DNA from: Clostridia bacterium
Lineage (GTDB): Bacteria > Bacillota > Clostridia > Oscillospirales > CAG-272
Length of the DNA: 64,000 bases
Reading direction: 5' to 3'
Assembly (NCBI GenBank): GCA_017504625.1
Contig: JAFVQU010000016.1
Span: forward strand, 9,129-73,128
The position numbers were made by a program, and so were the translations under genes. The notes under the pieces are model-generated. The model ran no database searches, was not told the origin of the DNA, and saw nothing but the letters and a program-made list of their open reading frames with translations. Below are positions 9,571 to 19,375 of this stretch, piece after piece. Position 1 is the stretch's first letter. Each line of letters opens with the position of its first letter.

Positions 9571-9598
9571 AAAGGCTCTCAATTTGAGAGCCTTTTTT
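9571..9598 (+). terminator. Rho-independent terminator
   Basis: AAAGGCTCTCA-att-TGAGAGCCTTT followed by a T-run. Confidence 0.8.
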
Positions 9599-9649
9599 AC
9601 GTTTTTGAGTGAAAAAGCATCAAAATTTCTTAAAATTTCCTCAAAAGTC

Positions 9650-9678
9650 TTGATAGTGTAATAAAAATATAGTATAAT
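9650..9678 (+). promoter_or_regulatory. Sigma-A type promoter
   Basis: TTGATA, 17 nt, TATAAT. Confidence 0.55.
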
Positions 9679-9714
9679 ATATAAGATAAACTACAATGGG
9701 GGAGGAGTGCTTTT

Positions 9715-10329
9715 GTGAGCTGGTTTGTTCCCGACTATATATTTGCGAAATTTTGCGACGTTACGCCCAAATTTCTGAGAGAGATCGGCGTTGAGGCGCT
9801 TCTTATCGACATTGACAACACGCTCGCGCCCTATGAGCAGGCAGAGCCCGATGAGAATATAAAGGCGTGGTTTTCCGCGCTCGATAAGGCGGGGATCAAG
9901 GCAACTCTCGTGTCAAACAACGACCGCGAGAGAGTTGAGCTTTTCAACAAAAGCCTCGGTCTGCCCGCGTATTATAAAAGCGGAAAGCCCTTCGCCAAAA
10001 ATCTCAAAAAGGCTATGGCGGGGATGGGAAGCGACAAAAATAACACCGCAATGCTCGGCGACCAGCTATTGACCGACGCTATGGCGGGCAAGCACATCGG
10101 ACTTCGCGCCATCATCGTGCCGCCGATAAGGGACAAGCAAAACGCCTTTTTCAGAGCGAAGCGCGCGCTGGAGGTCGGAAGTATCAAAAAATACGTAAAA
10201 AAGGCAAAAAAGCGCGGCGACAGCACTCAAAAAGTCTGCGGTGACGCGGAAATGATTTGCGCCTTTTGGCTTGAAAAGAGATTTTCGGCGAAATACCTTA
10301 AAAATCAGAGAAAAATCGAGGAAAAATAA
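9715..10329 (+). CDS. YqeG-family HAD-IIIA phosphatase with basic C-terminal extension
   Basis: IDIDNTLAPY motif, SNN, MLGDQLLTD. GTG start 7 nt after GGAGGAG. Confidence 0.75.
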   Translation: MSWFVPDYIFAKFCDVTPKFLREIGVEALLIDIDNTLAPYEQAEPDENIKAWFSALDKAGIKATLVSNNDRERVELFNKSLGLPAYYKSGKPFAKNLKKAMAGMGSDKNNTAMLGDQLLTDAMAGKHIGLRAIIVPPIRDKQNAFFRAKRALEVGSIKKYVKKAKKRGDSTQKVCGDAEMICAFWLEKRFSAKYLKNQRKIEEK

Positions 10330-11178
10330 ATGAGCAGAGCAAAATTTGGCCCCGGCGGCAACGGCGATCTCTTTTACGCGCAAGGCGGAAAGGGAACCGT
10401 ACAAGCTCCCGCGTGGCTTCGTGAATACGGACTTGACGCATACGAATTTGAGGCGGGCAACGGACTTACCGCGGGCGAGGCGACTCTCCGCAAAATAGGC
10501 GAGGAGGCTAAAAAGCACGGCATCGCGACCTCACTTCACACGCCTTATTTCATCTCGCTTTCGGGCGTGGTTGAGGAAAAAAGGCTTAAGAGCATCGAAT
10601 ATATTCAAAAATCCTTGTGGGCGGCGGAGCTGCTCGGCGCAAACACCATCGTAATTCACAGCGGAAGCGCGGCGAAGATAAGCCGCGAGGAGGCGATGAG
10701 GCTTTCGTGCGACACGCTCGCAAAGGTGATTGAGGCTATCGGCGACACCGATATAAAGCTCGGCATTGAAACGATGGGCAAGGTCAACCAGCTCGGCACG
10801 CTTGACGAGGTCATCGAGCAATGCAAGGTCGACAAGCACTACGTTCCCGTGGTCGATTTCGGTCACATGAACGCGCGTGAGCGCGGCGGACTTTTTACAA
10901 CTGCCGACGATTACCGCCGCGTATTTGATAAAATTGCGCTTGGCTGTGGCGATGAGGTGGCAAAAAATCTTCACTGCCACTTCTCAAAAATTCAGTACAC
11001 CGACGCGGGCGAGAAAAAGCACCTCACCTTTGCTGACAGTGAGTACGGCCCCGATTTCGAGCCGCTTGTTGAGGCGATAGCAAAAGAGGGACTTACACCT
11101 ACGATAATCTGCGAGTCGGACGGCACGATGCCCGAGGACGCACTTGCAATGAAGAAATATTACGAAAGCTTGATTTAA
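10330..11178 (+). CDS. TIM-barrel protein, xylose isomerase/endonuclease IV-like fold
   Basis: Pattern of HTPYF, IVIHSG, GIETMG and HCHFS resembles AP-endonuclease-2/sugar phosphate isomerase TIM barrels. Family-level call only. Confidence 0.55.
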   Translation: MSRAKFGPGGNGDLFYAQGGKGTVQAPAWLREYGLDAYEFEAGNGLTAGEATLRKIGEEAKKHGIATSLHTPYFISLSGVVEEKRLKSIEYIQKSLWAAELLGANTIVIHSGSAAKISREEAMRLSCDTLAKVIEAIGDTDIKLGIETMGKVNQLGTLDEVIEQCKVDKHYVPVVDFGHMNARERGGLFTTADDYRRVFDKIALGCGDEVAKNLHCHFSKIQYTDAGEKKHLTFADSEYGPDFEPLVEAIAKEGLTPTIICESDGTMPEDALAMKKYYESLI

Positions 11179-11191
11179 AGGAGAAAATAAA

Positions 11192-12271
11192 ATGAGCAGA
11201 CTTAATAAATTTAAAGCGGAAATGACAAAGGCGGGCTTTGACGCGGCGGTTATTTCCTCGCACGTCAACGTAAGATACCTTACCGATTTTGACTACCACG
11301 ACGGCTACGTGCTTGTTACCAAGAACAAGTCATACGTGCTTGCCGATTTCAGATACATCGAGGTCGCAAGAGCGACCGTAAACCCCGCAGATTTTGAGGT
11401 CATCATGCCCGAGGGCTCTATGCTCGTGACTATCGCGTCGCTTCTTGATGAGAACGAGGCAAAAAGAGTCGCATTTGAGGATTACACCCTCGCGTGCGCC
11501 GACCTTGAGAGAATGAAAAAGGTCTTTGTCGGCAAAGACCTTGCTCCGGGCGCGTCGGCTATCGCTGACGGACTCCGTCTTTACAAGGACGCGGGCGAAA
11601 TTGAGAAAATGAAGAAGGCGCAGGCTATCACCGACGCGGCTTTCGCTCACATTATAAAGGTGCTTACCCCCAATATGACCGAGATAGACGCGGCGCTTGA
11701 GCTTGAATTCTTTATGAGAAGGAACGGCTCGGAGGGCGTGGCGTTTGACACCATTGCGGTTTCGGGCTCGGCATCCTCGCTCCCTCACGGCGTTCCCCGT
11801 AACGTCAAGCTTGAGCGCGGATTTTTCACGATGGACTTCGGCGCAAAATTCGAGGGCTACTGCTCCGATATGACCAGAACAGTCGTGCTTGGCAAGGCTG
11901 ACGAGGATATGAAGAAGCTTTATAACACCGTCCTCAAGGCGCAGACGGCGGCGCTTGACTTTATCAAGGAGGGCATCGTCTGCCGCGACGCAGATACCGT
12001 TGCGCGCGACATCATCAACAACGCGGGCTACGAGGGCAGATTCGGTCACTCGCTCGGTCACGGCGTTGGTATGTATATCCACGAAAATCCCAGACTTTCG
12101 CAGGGCGCGAAGGACGATATTCTCACCCGCGGTCACGTCGTAACCGTTGAGCCGGGTATCTATATCGAGGGACTTTACGGATGCAGAATTGAGGACATGG
12201 TTGGCGTTCTTTCCGACGGCTCTGTTTACAACTTTACCAAGAGCCCCAAGGAAATGATAGAGCTTTTCTGA
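11192..12271 (+). CDS. M24-family Xaa-Pro aminopeptidase
   Basis: HSLGHGVGMYIHENP, VEPGIY and RIED metal-ligand motifs; creatinase-like N-terminal domain. Confidence 0.85.
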   Translation: MSRLNKFKAEMTKAGFDAAVISSHVNVRYLTDFDYHDGYVLVTKNKSYVLADFRYIEVARATVNPADFEVIMPEGSMLVTIASLLDENEAKRVAFEDYTLACADLERMKKVFVGKDLAPGASAIADGLRLYKDAGEIEKMKKAQAITDAAFAHIIKVLTPNMTEIDAALELEFFMRRNGSEGVAFDTIAVSGSASSLPHGVPRNVKLERGFFTMDFGAKFEGYCSDMTRTVVLGKADEDMKKLYNTVLKAQTAALDFIKEGIVCRDADTVARDIINNAGYEGRFGHSLGHGVGMYIHENPRLSQGAKDDILTRGHVVTVEPGIYIEGLYGCRIEDMVGVLSDGSVYNFTKSPKEMIELF

Positions 12272-12280
12272 TTTGAACTT

Positions 12281-12526
12281 ATGAGAAAGATTTTTTCACT
12301 TGACCGTTTTGAGGGCGAAATTGCCGTTTGCATCTCTGACGACGACGAGAAGCTTGATGTGCCGAGGACGGTTCTTGGCGCGCTTGAGCTTCACGACGTA
12401 TTCTCTGCGCAGATTGACGGCGAGAGCCTTGTTGACATTATCCCGATGCCCGAGGAGCGTGACCGCAGAATTGCCGAGAACAAGGCAAGGCTTGCGCGTC
12501 TTTTCGGCAGAGGGAAAAACGGTTGA
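12281..12526 (+). CDS. Small DUF3006-like protein
   Basis: FSLDRFEGEIAVCISDD pattern recalled from DUF3006 proteins. Weak RBS. Confidence 0.45.
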   Translation: MRKIFSLDRFEGEIAVCISDDDEKLDVPRTVLGALELHDVFSAQIDGESLVDIIPMPEERDRRIAENKARLARLFGRGKNG

Positions 12527-12550
12527 ACGATTCTGAAAGGATAAATAAGT

Positions 12551-13363
12551 ATGTTATTTAATACCTTTGCGCTTACGGCGGGCGAGCAGACGCAGATGCC
12601 TTTCTTCAATCTGTATAGCTGGCTTATCGGTCAGCTTGGAGCGAGCGAAACGGTAAACGGCATTCTGATGCTTTGCGCGGTGCTGCTTTGCATCGTGAGT
12701 GCCTATCTTATAGGCAGCATAAACCCCGCTATAATCATTTCACAAAAGTATTTTCACGACGATATCCGCACGCACGGAAGCGGAAATGCGGGCGCGACCA
12801 ACACGCTTCGCACATACGGGAAAAAGACGGCGGCTATAATCTTCGCGCTTGACATTCTCAAGGCGGCGGTCGCTATCGTGATAGGCTCGCTGATATTGAC
12901 ACGCGCTATCGGCGGCGCGATAGCGGGACTTTTCGTCATTCTCGGTCACACCTTCCCCGTGTATTACAAATTCAAGGGCGGAAAGGGAGTTGCCTGCACG
13001 GCAATGGTCATTCTGATGCTCTCTCCCGCGTCCTTTGTGATACTTCTCCCCGTATTTATCGCGATAGTTGCGCTCACGCGCTTCGTGTCGCTCGGTTCTA
13101 TCATCGCGGTGATGCTTTTCCCGCTTCTCAACAACGTTTTCTATCACGATGACGGCTTTGTAACGCTTACTGCATTTGCAATCATGCTCCTCGTCGTATT
13201 CATGCACCGCGAGAATATAAAGAGATTGCTTGAGGGCAAGGAATCGAAGATATCCTTCGGCAGATCAAGGGCCGAGAAGAAGGCGAAAAAGGAAGCGCTT
13301 GAGGCAAAGAGAGCCGAAAGGGCGGCGAAGAAGTCTGAGGACTCCCGAAAGGACGACGAGTGA
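12551..13363 (+). CDS. plsY: Glycerol-3-phosphate acyltransferase PlsY with Lys/Glu-rich C-terminal tail
   Basis: HGSGNAGATN and FKGGKGVA motifs. About 200-aa membrane core plus a roughly 55-aa charged tail. Confidence 0.9.
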   Translation: MLFNTFALTAGEQTQMPFFNLYSWLIGQLGASETVNGILMLCAVLLCIVSAYLIGSINPAIIISQKYFHDDIRTHGSGNAGATNTLRTYGKKTAAIIFALDILKAAVAIVIGSLILTRAIGGAIAGLFVILGHTFPVYYKFKGGKGVACTAMVILMLSPASFVILLPVFIAIVALTRFVSLGSIIAVMLFPLLNNVFYHDDGFVTLTAFAIMLLVVFMHRENIKRLLEGKESKISFGRSRAEKKAKKEALEAKRAERAAKKSEDSRKDDE

Positions 13364-14577
13364 TGGCATACGAAATGAATGAACACGAGAGCTTTTTTCT
13401 CCGTTTGATATTAAAATGCGCGTCGCTTTCTATCTTGAATAAGGTCGTGCTTTCAAAGCCTTACGACAGGGAGATAAAAAAGACGGTGCTGACGCTCAAG
13501 GATATTTCGGGCAAGACCTTGCTTCAAGCCGAGAGCTTTACCGCCGACAACAAGGCAAAGCACAAAAATATTGAGCTTGACGATGCCGACGCGCTCGGCG
13601 AGCTTATTTCGGGCTACGGTCAGATAAATCTTTACAGCACGGCGGGCGAATGCGAATTCAAGCGGAGCAAGTCGGGAAATACGACGATAATCGGCGGAAA
13701 TAAGCTTGAAAAGGCGATATTTGAGGGCGGCGCGGGAGTTGTGACCTACAAAAAGGTAACTCCCGGCTCAAACAACAAGAAAAAGCAGTACATTCTCACG
13801 GGTGACGAGCCGTTTTTAAAGCTGCTTGAGGTCAGTGACAAAAACGGCAGAGTTTACGATAAAAAGCAGGCAAAATTCAGACAGATAAACAGATTTTTGG
13901 AGCTTGTGCGCGACGTTGAGGACAAGCTGCCACGCGGCAAGATACGAATTTGCGACCTTTGCTGCGGAAAGAGCTATCTTTCCTTTGCGGTATATCATTA
14001 TTTTGCCGTTATCAAGGGCTACGAGGTCAAAATGACCGGCGTTGACCTTAAAGCCGACGTTATTGAGTATTGCTCGGACGTGGCAAAAAAGCTCGGCTTT
14101 GACGGACTTGAGTTTATTTGCGGCGACGTCAATCTTTATAATACCGACGACAAGGTCAATATGGTCGTGTCGCTTCACGCGTGCGATATTGCGACCGATA
14201 TCGTTATCGGCAAGGCGATAGAGTGGCAGGCTGACGTGATTTTGTCAACGCCATGCTGTCACCATGAAATGAACAGGCTGCTTGATTGCGAGAGCTTAAA
14301 ATTCATCGCCGACTACTCGATGCTTCGCCAGAAGCTCTGCGACGCGGCGACCGACGCGCTCAGACTTAAGCTCATGGAGGCAAACGGCTACGAGGTCGCG
14401 GCACTTGAGCTTATCGACCCCGAGGAAACGCCCAAAAATATTATGCTTCGCGGCATCAGAAAGCCGAATTTTGATAAAAGCTCCGACCGTGCCCGCGCGC
14501 TTTACAAGGAATACAGTGATACCTACAAATTCCTGACGGGCAGAGAGCCGATAAACAGAGGTCAGCGTGAAGGTTAA
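13363..14577 (+). CDS. Class I SAM-dependent methyltransferase family protein
   Basis: ICDLCCGKSYLS (motif I-like) and VSLHACDIATD. The ATG overlaps the plsY stop (TGATG). Confidence 0.6.
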   Translation: MAYEMNEHESFFLRLILKCASLSILNKVVLSKPYDREIKKTVLTLKDISGKTLLQAESFTADNKAKHKNIELDDADALGELISGYGQINLYSTAGECEFKRSKSGNTTIIGGNKLEKAIFEGGAGVVTYKKVTPGSNNKKKQYILTGDEPFLKLLEVSDKNGRVYDKKQAKFRQINRFLELVRDVEDKLPRGKIRICDLCCGKSYLSFAVYHYFAVIKGYEVKMTGVDLKADVIEYCSDVAKKLGFDGLEFICGDVNLYNTDDKVNMVVSLHACDIATDIVIGKAIEWQADVILSTPCCHHEMNRLLDCESLKFIADYSMLRQKLCDAATDALRLKLMEANGYEVAALELIDPEETPKNIMLRGIRKPNFDKSSDRARALYKEYSDTYKFLTGREPINRGQREG

Positions 14578-14671
14578 ATCCTTCTTATAGGTACTTCATG
14601 CGTGAATTTTGCTGAGGTAAAATTCGCTGATTACTTTTTTGCCGCCGAGTGCGGCGGAATGGAGATTTAAT

Positions 14672-15544
14672 ATGAATTACAGATATTCATTTATGAGATT
14701 TCCCGAGGGCAGGCTCAAGGCGGTGACCTTCAGCTACGACGACGGTGTCAGACAGGACGAAAGATTGATCGAGATCTTCGATAAATACGGCGTCAAGGGC
14801 ACGTTCAACATCAATTCGGGAATTATGGGAAGTGCAGAAAACCGTGGCAGATGGGCTCCCGATGAGCTTAAGGAGAAGGTGATCGACCGTGGACACGAGG
14901 TCGCAACGCACGGGGCATTCCACCGTGCGCCCGGAAAACAGAGAACTATCGACGTTATCCGTGACACGCTTGATTGCAGGCTCGGTCTTGAAAAAATGAC
15001 GGGATGCATCATCCGTGGAATGGCTTATCCCGATTCGGGAATTACGGGCTATACCGTGGGCTCGGCAAATTACGAGAAGATAAGAGAGTGCCTCCGTGAT
15101 CTCGGAATCGCTTATGCGAGAACGCTTTTGGGCGACAACGATCGCTTTGAGGTGCCCCGTGACTTCTATGCCTGGACGCCCTCTGCCCACCACAACAACC
15201 CCAAGATATTTGAATACGTTGACAAATTCAATTCGATAAAGGAAAAGGCGTACGGGCTTGCAGGCAATATGCCTCGCCTCTTCTACATATGGGGACATAG
15301 CTATGAGTTTGATATGAATAATAACTGGGATCGCATCGAGTCGATCTGCGAAAAGCTTGGTGGCAAGAGCGACGTCTGGTACGCAACGAATATAGAGATC
15401 TGCGACTACGTCAAGGCTTATGAGTCCTTGATATACAGCGCCGACGGACAGAGAGTCTACAATCCCACGCTTTTCAAGGTGTGGTTTACTGCCGATGACG
15501 TGATCTATTCCGTTGAGCCCGGGCAGACCGTAGAAATAGGGTGA
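14672..15544 (+). CDS. Polysaccharide deacetylase (CE4) family protein
   Basis: TFSYDDG motif and downstream His motifs. ATG 14672 is preceded by GGAG; the ORF-track start at 14639 lacks an RBS. Confidence 0.75.
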   Translation: MNYRYSFMRFPEGRLKAVTFSYDDGVRQDERLIEIFDKYGVKGTFNINSGIMGSAENRGRWAPDELKEKVIDRGHEVATHGAFHRAPGKQRTIDVIRDTLDCRLGLEKMTGCIIRGMAYPDSGITGYTVGSANYEKIRECLRDLGIAYARTLLGDNDRFEVPRDFYAWTPSAHHNNPKIFEYVDKFNSIKEKAYGLAGNMPRLFYIWGHSYEFDMNNNWDRIESICEKLGGKSDVWYATNIEICDYVKAYESLIYSADGQRVYNPTLFKVWFTADDVIYSVEPGQTVEIG

Positions 15545-15548
15545 CGGT

Positions 15549-15893
15549 ATGGGAATATTTAAAAGTATAATAGAGCGTGCCACCAAGTCGAAAAATCCCA
15601 ACAGCAAGCGCTTTCGGTGGGATATGGCAAAGCAGATCTGCGGTCACCACGTCAAGTACGTGACCGAGGAGATAAACGGCACGCACGAGGTCATCGGACG
15701 CTCGGGCGCGCTCAATATCCGCGACGACGAGCTGCTCGTTTTCGCGTCTGCCGACGTGCTTATGCGCTGCAAGGTCGAAGAAATGCAGGCGTGGGAGCTG
15801 CTCTCTCACGACGGTGTGGTAATCACCGCGCCCGACCTAGAGCATGACGGTAAGGTGAGGACTGTGATAGTTCACTACGTTTATTATAGGTAA
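15549..15893 (+). CDS. Hypothetical protein (114 aa)
   Basis: Intact ORF 4 nt after the deacetylase gene. No motif recognised. Confidence 0.5.
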   Translation: MGIFKSIIERATKSKNPNSKRFRWDMAKQICGHHVKYVTEEINGTHEVIGRSGALNIRDDELLVFASADVLMRCKVEEMQAWELLSHDGVVITAPDLEHDGKVRTVIVHYVYYR

Positions 15894-15914
15894 CCTACTT
15901 TCTTTGAAAAGAAA

Positions 15915-16064
15915 GTAGGCAAAGAAACTTTAACATCGTGTGGAGAAAAGAAATTAACGTTCATTTATCCCTCGATGGTGAGGTTGTTTTAAAAGAGCGT
16001 AGGCAAAGAAACTTTAACATCGTGTGGAGAAAAGAAATTAACGTTCATTTATCCCTCGATGGTG
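15915..16064. repeat. Two copies of a 66-bp unit (15915..15980 and 15999..16064)
   Basis: GTAGGCAAAGAAACTTTAACATCGTGTGGAGAAAAGAAATTAACGTTCATTTATCCCTCGATGGTG occurs twice, apparently identical, with an 84-bp period. Confidence 0.9.
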
Positions 16065-16182
16065 GAGTTCACTAAAATTTTGTAATATTTAGAAATCCAA
16101 AAAATTATTTGTTAGAAAGTTTTTGAAGGTTTTAGGAAACTTTTTTCAAAAAGTTTCCTAAGAAAAAGAAAGGACACATAAA

Positions 16183-17463
16183 ATGTTTGTAAAAGAAACG
16201 ACTAAGGGAATGAGAGATATTCTTCCGCGCGAGGCGGAGATACGCGAATATCTGCTCACAAAGATGAAGAAAACATATTCGGCGTTCGGCTTTTCTCAGA
16301 TCGAAACTCCTTGTGTTGAGCACATCGAGAATTTGACGAGCAAGCAGGGCGGCGACAATGAAAAGCTTATATTCAAGATACTCAAGAGAGGCGAAAAGCT
16401 CAATCTTGAGGGCGAGAACGTGAATATTGACGATCTCGTTGATTCGGGACTTCGCTACGACCTCACGGTTCCGCTGTCAAGATACTATTCCAACAACGCG
16501 GCAAGCCTTTCGTTGCCCTTCAAGGCGATGCAGATCGGCCCCGTATGGCGCGCGGACAGACCGCAAAAGGGAAGATTTCGTCAGTTCGTGCAGTGTGACA
16601 TCGACATTTTCGGAGACGCGACCAATTCTGCCGAGATCGAGCTTATCACGGCGACCTCGACCTATCTTGAGAGCGTTGGAATCGGCGGCGTGACTATTAT
16701 GATCAACGACCGCAGAATTTTGTCGGGTATGGCAAGAGCTAGCGGTTTTGCCGAGGCGGATTTCTCGCAGGTATTCATCACGCTTGACAAGTACGACAAG
16801 ATCGGCGAAAGTGGAATTGAAAAGGAGCTTTTGGAGCTTGGCTATGACAGCGCTTGCGTTGCAAAATATATGGAGATCTTCCGCGGCACGATGGCGGCAG
16901 AGGATCGCTTTACTTACCTTGAGGGCGCGCTCGGCGACGCTATCGAGGAGGGGGTAATTGCCAACGTCAAGACTATCTGCGACGCGGTCGCGGTAATCTC
17001 CGACCGCAGATTTAACCTTGATTTTGACGTAACCTTGGTGCGCGGAATGGGTTATTACACCGGCACTATCTTTGAGATCAAGAGCGAGGACTTCAAGGGA
17101 TCAAGCATCGGCGGCGGCGGTCGCTACGACAAGATGATCGGCAACTTCACGGGTCAGAACACACCCGCGTGCGGCTTCTCGATCGGATTTGAGCGAATCG
17201 TTGCGGCTCTCGTTGAAAAGGATTTCAAGCCCGAGGGCGCGGCTGAAAAGACCGCTATCCTCTACGATAAGCGCATGAGCGCATCCGACTTCGCCCTTAT
17301 GCAGAAGGCGGCTATGGCGGCGCGCGCAGAGGGCAAGATCGTCCTCGTTCAGAAGATGAACAAGAATGTAGGCTTCCAGAAGCAGAAGCTCGAAGCTGAC
17401 GGATACTCGAAATTTATCGATATCCGCTACCCCGATGAGATGGTTAAGTTAGAAGAAATATGA
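16183..17463 (+). CDS. hisS: Histidine--tRNA ligase
   Basis: TKGMRDILP, class II motifs and GGGGRYD motif 3; 426 aa with a C-terminal anticodon-binding domain. Confidence 0.9.
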   Translation: MFVKETTKGMRDILPREAEIREYLLTKMKKTYSAFGFSQIETPCVEHIENLTSKQGGDNEKLIFKILKRGEKLNLEGENVNIDDLVDSGLRYDLTVPLSRYYSNNAASLSLPFKAMQIGPVWRADRPQKGRFRQFVQCDIDIFGDATNSAEIELITATSTYLESVGIGGVTIMINDRRILSGMARASGFAEADFSQVFITLDKYDKIGESGIEKELLELGYDSACVAKYMEIFRGTMAAEDRFTYLEGALGDAIEEGVIANVKTICDAVAVISDRRFNLDFDVTLVRGMGYYTGTIFEIKSEDFKGSSIGGGGRYDKMIGNFTGQNTPACGFSIGFERIVAALVEKDFKPEGAAEKTAILYDKRMSASDFALMQKAAMAARAEGKIVLVQKMNKNVGFQKQKLEADGYSKFIDIRYPDEMVKLEEI

Positions 17464-17477
17464 GATAGGTGAGTTAT

Positions 17478-17523
17478 GGGGGAAGGAGAAACTTTTTTGG
17501 AAAAAAAGCTTTCTCCTTCCCCC
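17478..17523. terminator. Palindromic bidirectional terminator-like element (family member)
   Basis: GGGGGAAGGAGAAA-CTTTTTTGGAAAAAAAGC-TTTCTCCTTCCCCC, between convergent hisS and the blaR1-like gene. Confidence 0.6.
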
Positions 17524-17610
17524 AAGCCCCTATCCTCTTCAAAAAACTCTTGCAAAGATGGGATAGAAAAAGAATATTGTTGATTTTAAGCCCGTGGGGC
17601 TTTTTTTATT

Positions 17611-19365
17611 TTACGAAGCGGGATATATAATAGGCGATACGAATTTGTCGCCGATATACTGTCCGTTTTGATCGTAAAGCCAGATCTCGCCGTCCTTGAC
17701 TTCTATATCAAAAAGATACGTGTTTAAAATGTCGCCGCCCATTTTTTCAATTGCCTGAACGCGCACAACTCCGTCGTCACACAGCTTGAACGAGAGATCA
17801 TCATACGCCATCGAATATATGACGGTGTAGTATCTGTTGGCTCCGCTTTGGTCCTGAGCATAAAATATAAAGGTGAAGAGCCCTGAGGTATATCCGTATC
17901 CAAGCGAACAATTTTCGTTATGTCCGTCACCGTCAACGTCAAATGTCATCGTGTCGTAATATGGATCGCCGAGGTAACTTGGGATATACATAAGATTATC
18001 GGGATCAAGGTATACCTTGTCAAAGAGCATATCCTCAATGAGCGCTACATACTTCTCACGCTTCTTGACCGCGTCCTCACCGTCGGTAATGATCCACAGG
18101 TCACCGAGATAGCTTGAAAGGGGATTTTGCCATGGAATGATGTTGATATTTTCACGCTCAATGTCGTAGGTTGCGAGTATCAATCGCATATCGTACGCGC
18201 CTACGCTTCGAAGCTTGTAAAGCTCGGTGCTTTTCCAACCGAGAGGCTCGTCGGAATGAGGCTTAACGCCGAATGAAAATGATCCCTCCGCCATTTGCCA
18301 CACGTAAACGTCAAGACCGTTTGTTGCGTCAAGTCCAAAATATTCGGGAAATTGCTCAAAGAGCTCCTTTTGTCTTTCATTCATTTTGCCCGTGTCAGTA
18401 TTGCCTATGATACTCGAAATTTCGGGTGTTTTGGGCGGAGTGGTTAAAAATCCGATGCAAAGACCTGCCGCAAGGACTATCGACACGATAATTATCCAGA
18501 ACGCAGGTTTTTTGTAGTTGAGAATTGATTTAATGCGCGACTTTACACCGACCTCGCCGAATGCGAGAGGGCAGGCGCTAACGCTGAAGCGCTTTGTGCT
18601 GCACGAGAGGAGGGCGGAGGAATATTCTTTCCGCTCGTCGCATTGCATATTGCGGATAACCTTTTCGTCGCAAGCCTTTTCGATGTCGCGGCAAAAGAGA
18701 ATATACGCGATCCAGCAAAGCGGATTAAACCAATATATCGCCAAAATAATAAATCCAAGCGGCTTCCATATATGGTCACGGCGGGCAAGGTGCGCCCTTT
18801 CGTGCGCAATGACGTGCGTAGCGTCAGATTCGGCGATTGAGGACGGCAGATAGACGCGCGGTGAGAAAATGCCGAGAATAAACGGCGACGAAATGCTATC
18901 GCAAAGATAGATATTATCGCGCAAAAGAAGTGACGGCGCGGTGCGGTGCTTCAAGCGGAGATACGAGATCACACCCCATAAAAGCATAATTCCGACACCG
19001 ATAAGCCAGACGATCGCCGCCGCGGAAATCAATATCTGCAAGGGGTTTGCGCTTGCCGTCGGCTCGGGCGTGAAGCTTTCGGTGATGATCGGATTGACCG
19101 CGTTGTTTACGTAGGGAATGCCTGTGTTGATCTCTGGTGTAGGTGAGAGTGCTATGTCCTGCGGTATCGGCTCGGGCGAGGGAATGAGGCTCAATATGCT
19201 CTCAAGCTTAAGTGGGATCGCAAGGCGAAGTCCGACGGCTCCCCAAAGCAGACAGTTGATCCACTTAGGCGCTTTAAACAGTGCGAAACGGAGCAATATA
19301 ATCGCGATTATTAGATAGCTCGCGTTAATGCTGAGATTAAGCAGGGTGATAAATACGTTTTCCAT
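17611..19365 (-). CDS. BlaR1/MecR1-family M56 peptidase signal transducer with a non-PBP C-terminal domain
   Basis: N-terminal TM helices, HERAHLARRDH zinc-peptidase motif, a further TM, then a roughly 280-aa extracellular domain lacking SxxK/KTG motifs. Confidence 0.85.
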   Translation of the reverse strand: MENVFITLLNLSINASYLIIAIILLRFALFKAPKWINCLLWGAVGLRLAIPLKLESILSLIPSPEPIPQDIALSPTPEINTGIPYVNNAVNPIITESFTPEPTASANPLQILISAAAIVWLIGVGIMLLWGVISYLRLKHRTAPSLLLRDNIYLCDSISSPFILGIFSPRVYLPSSIAESDATHVIAHERAHLARRDHIWKPLGFIILAIYWFNPLCWIAYILFCRDIEKACDEKVIRNMQCDERKEYSSALLSCSTKRFSVSACPLAFGEVGVKSRIKSILNYKKPAFWIIIVSIVLAAGLCIGFLTTPPKTPEISSIIGNTDTGKMNERQKELFEQFPEYFGLDATNGLDVYVWQMAEGSFSFGVKPHSDEPLGWKSTELYKLRSVGAYDMRLILATYDIERENINIIPWQNPLSSYLGDLWIITDGEDAVKKREKYVALIEDMLFDKVYLDPDNLMYIPSYLGDPYYDTMTFDVDGDGHNENCSLGYGYTSGLFTFIFYAQDQSGANRYYTVIYSMAYDDLSFKLCDDGVVRVQAIEKMGGDILNTYLFDIEVKDGEIWLYDQNGQYIGDKFVSPIIYPAS

Positions 19366-19375
19366 GCTTTCCTCC

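Noticed and set aside
11330-12136. 268-aa ORF on the minus strand
   Set aside because: It is antisense to the M24 aminopeptidase gene. Similar antisense artefacts occur at 390..896, 1237..2007, 12740..13207, 27432..28010, 33491..34150 and 60937..61425.
14687-15607. 306-aa ORF on the minus strand
   Set aside because: It is antisense to the polysaccharide deacetylase gene, which has clear family motifs. No motif or RBS supports it.
15915-16064. Possible CRISPR array or T-box leader upstream of hisS
   Set aside because: There are only two copies of a long 66-bp unit separated by 18 bp, which is not a repeat-spacer architecture. I could not find the conserved T-box 14-mer or a specifier-loop/antiterminator arrangement by eye. 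A covariance-model scan would be decisive.
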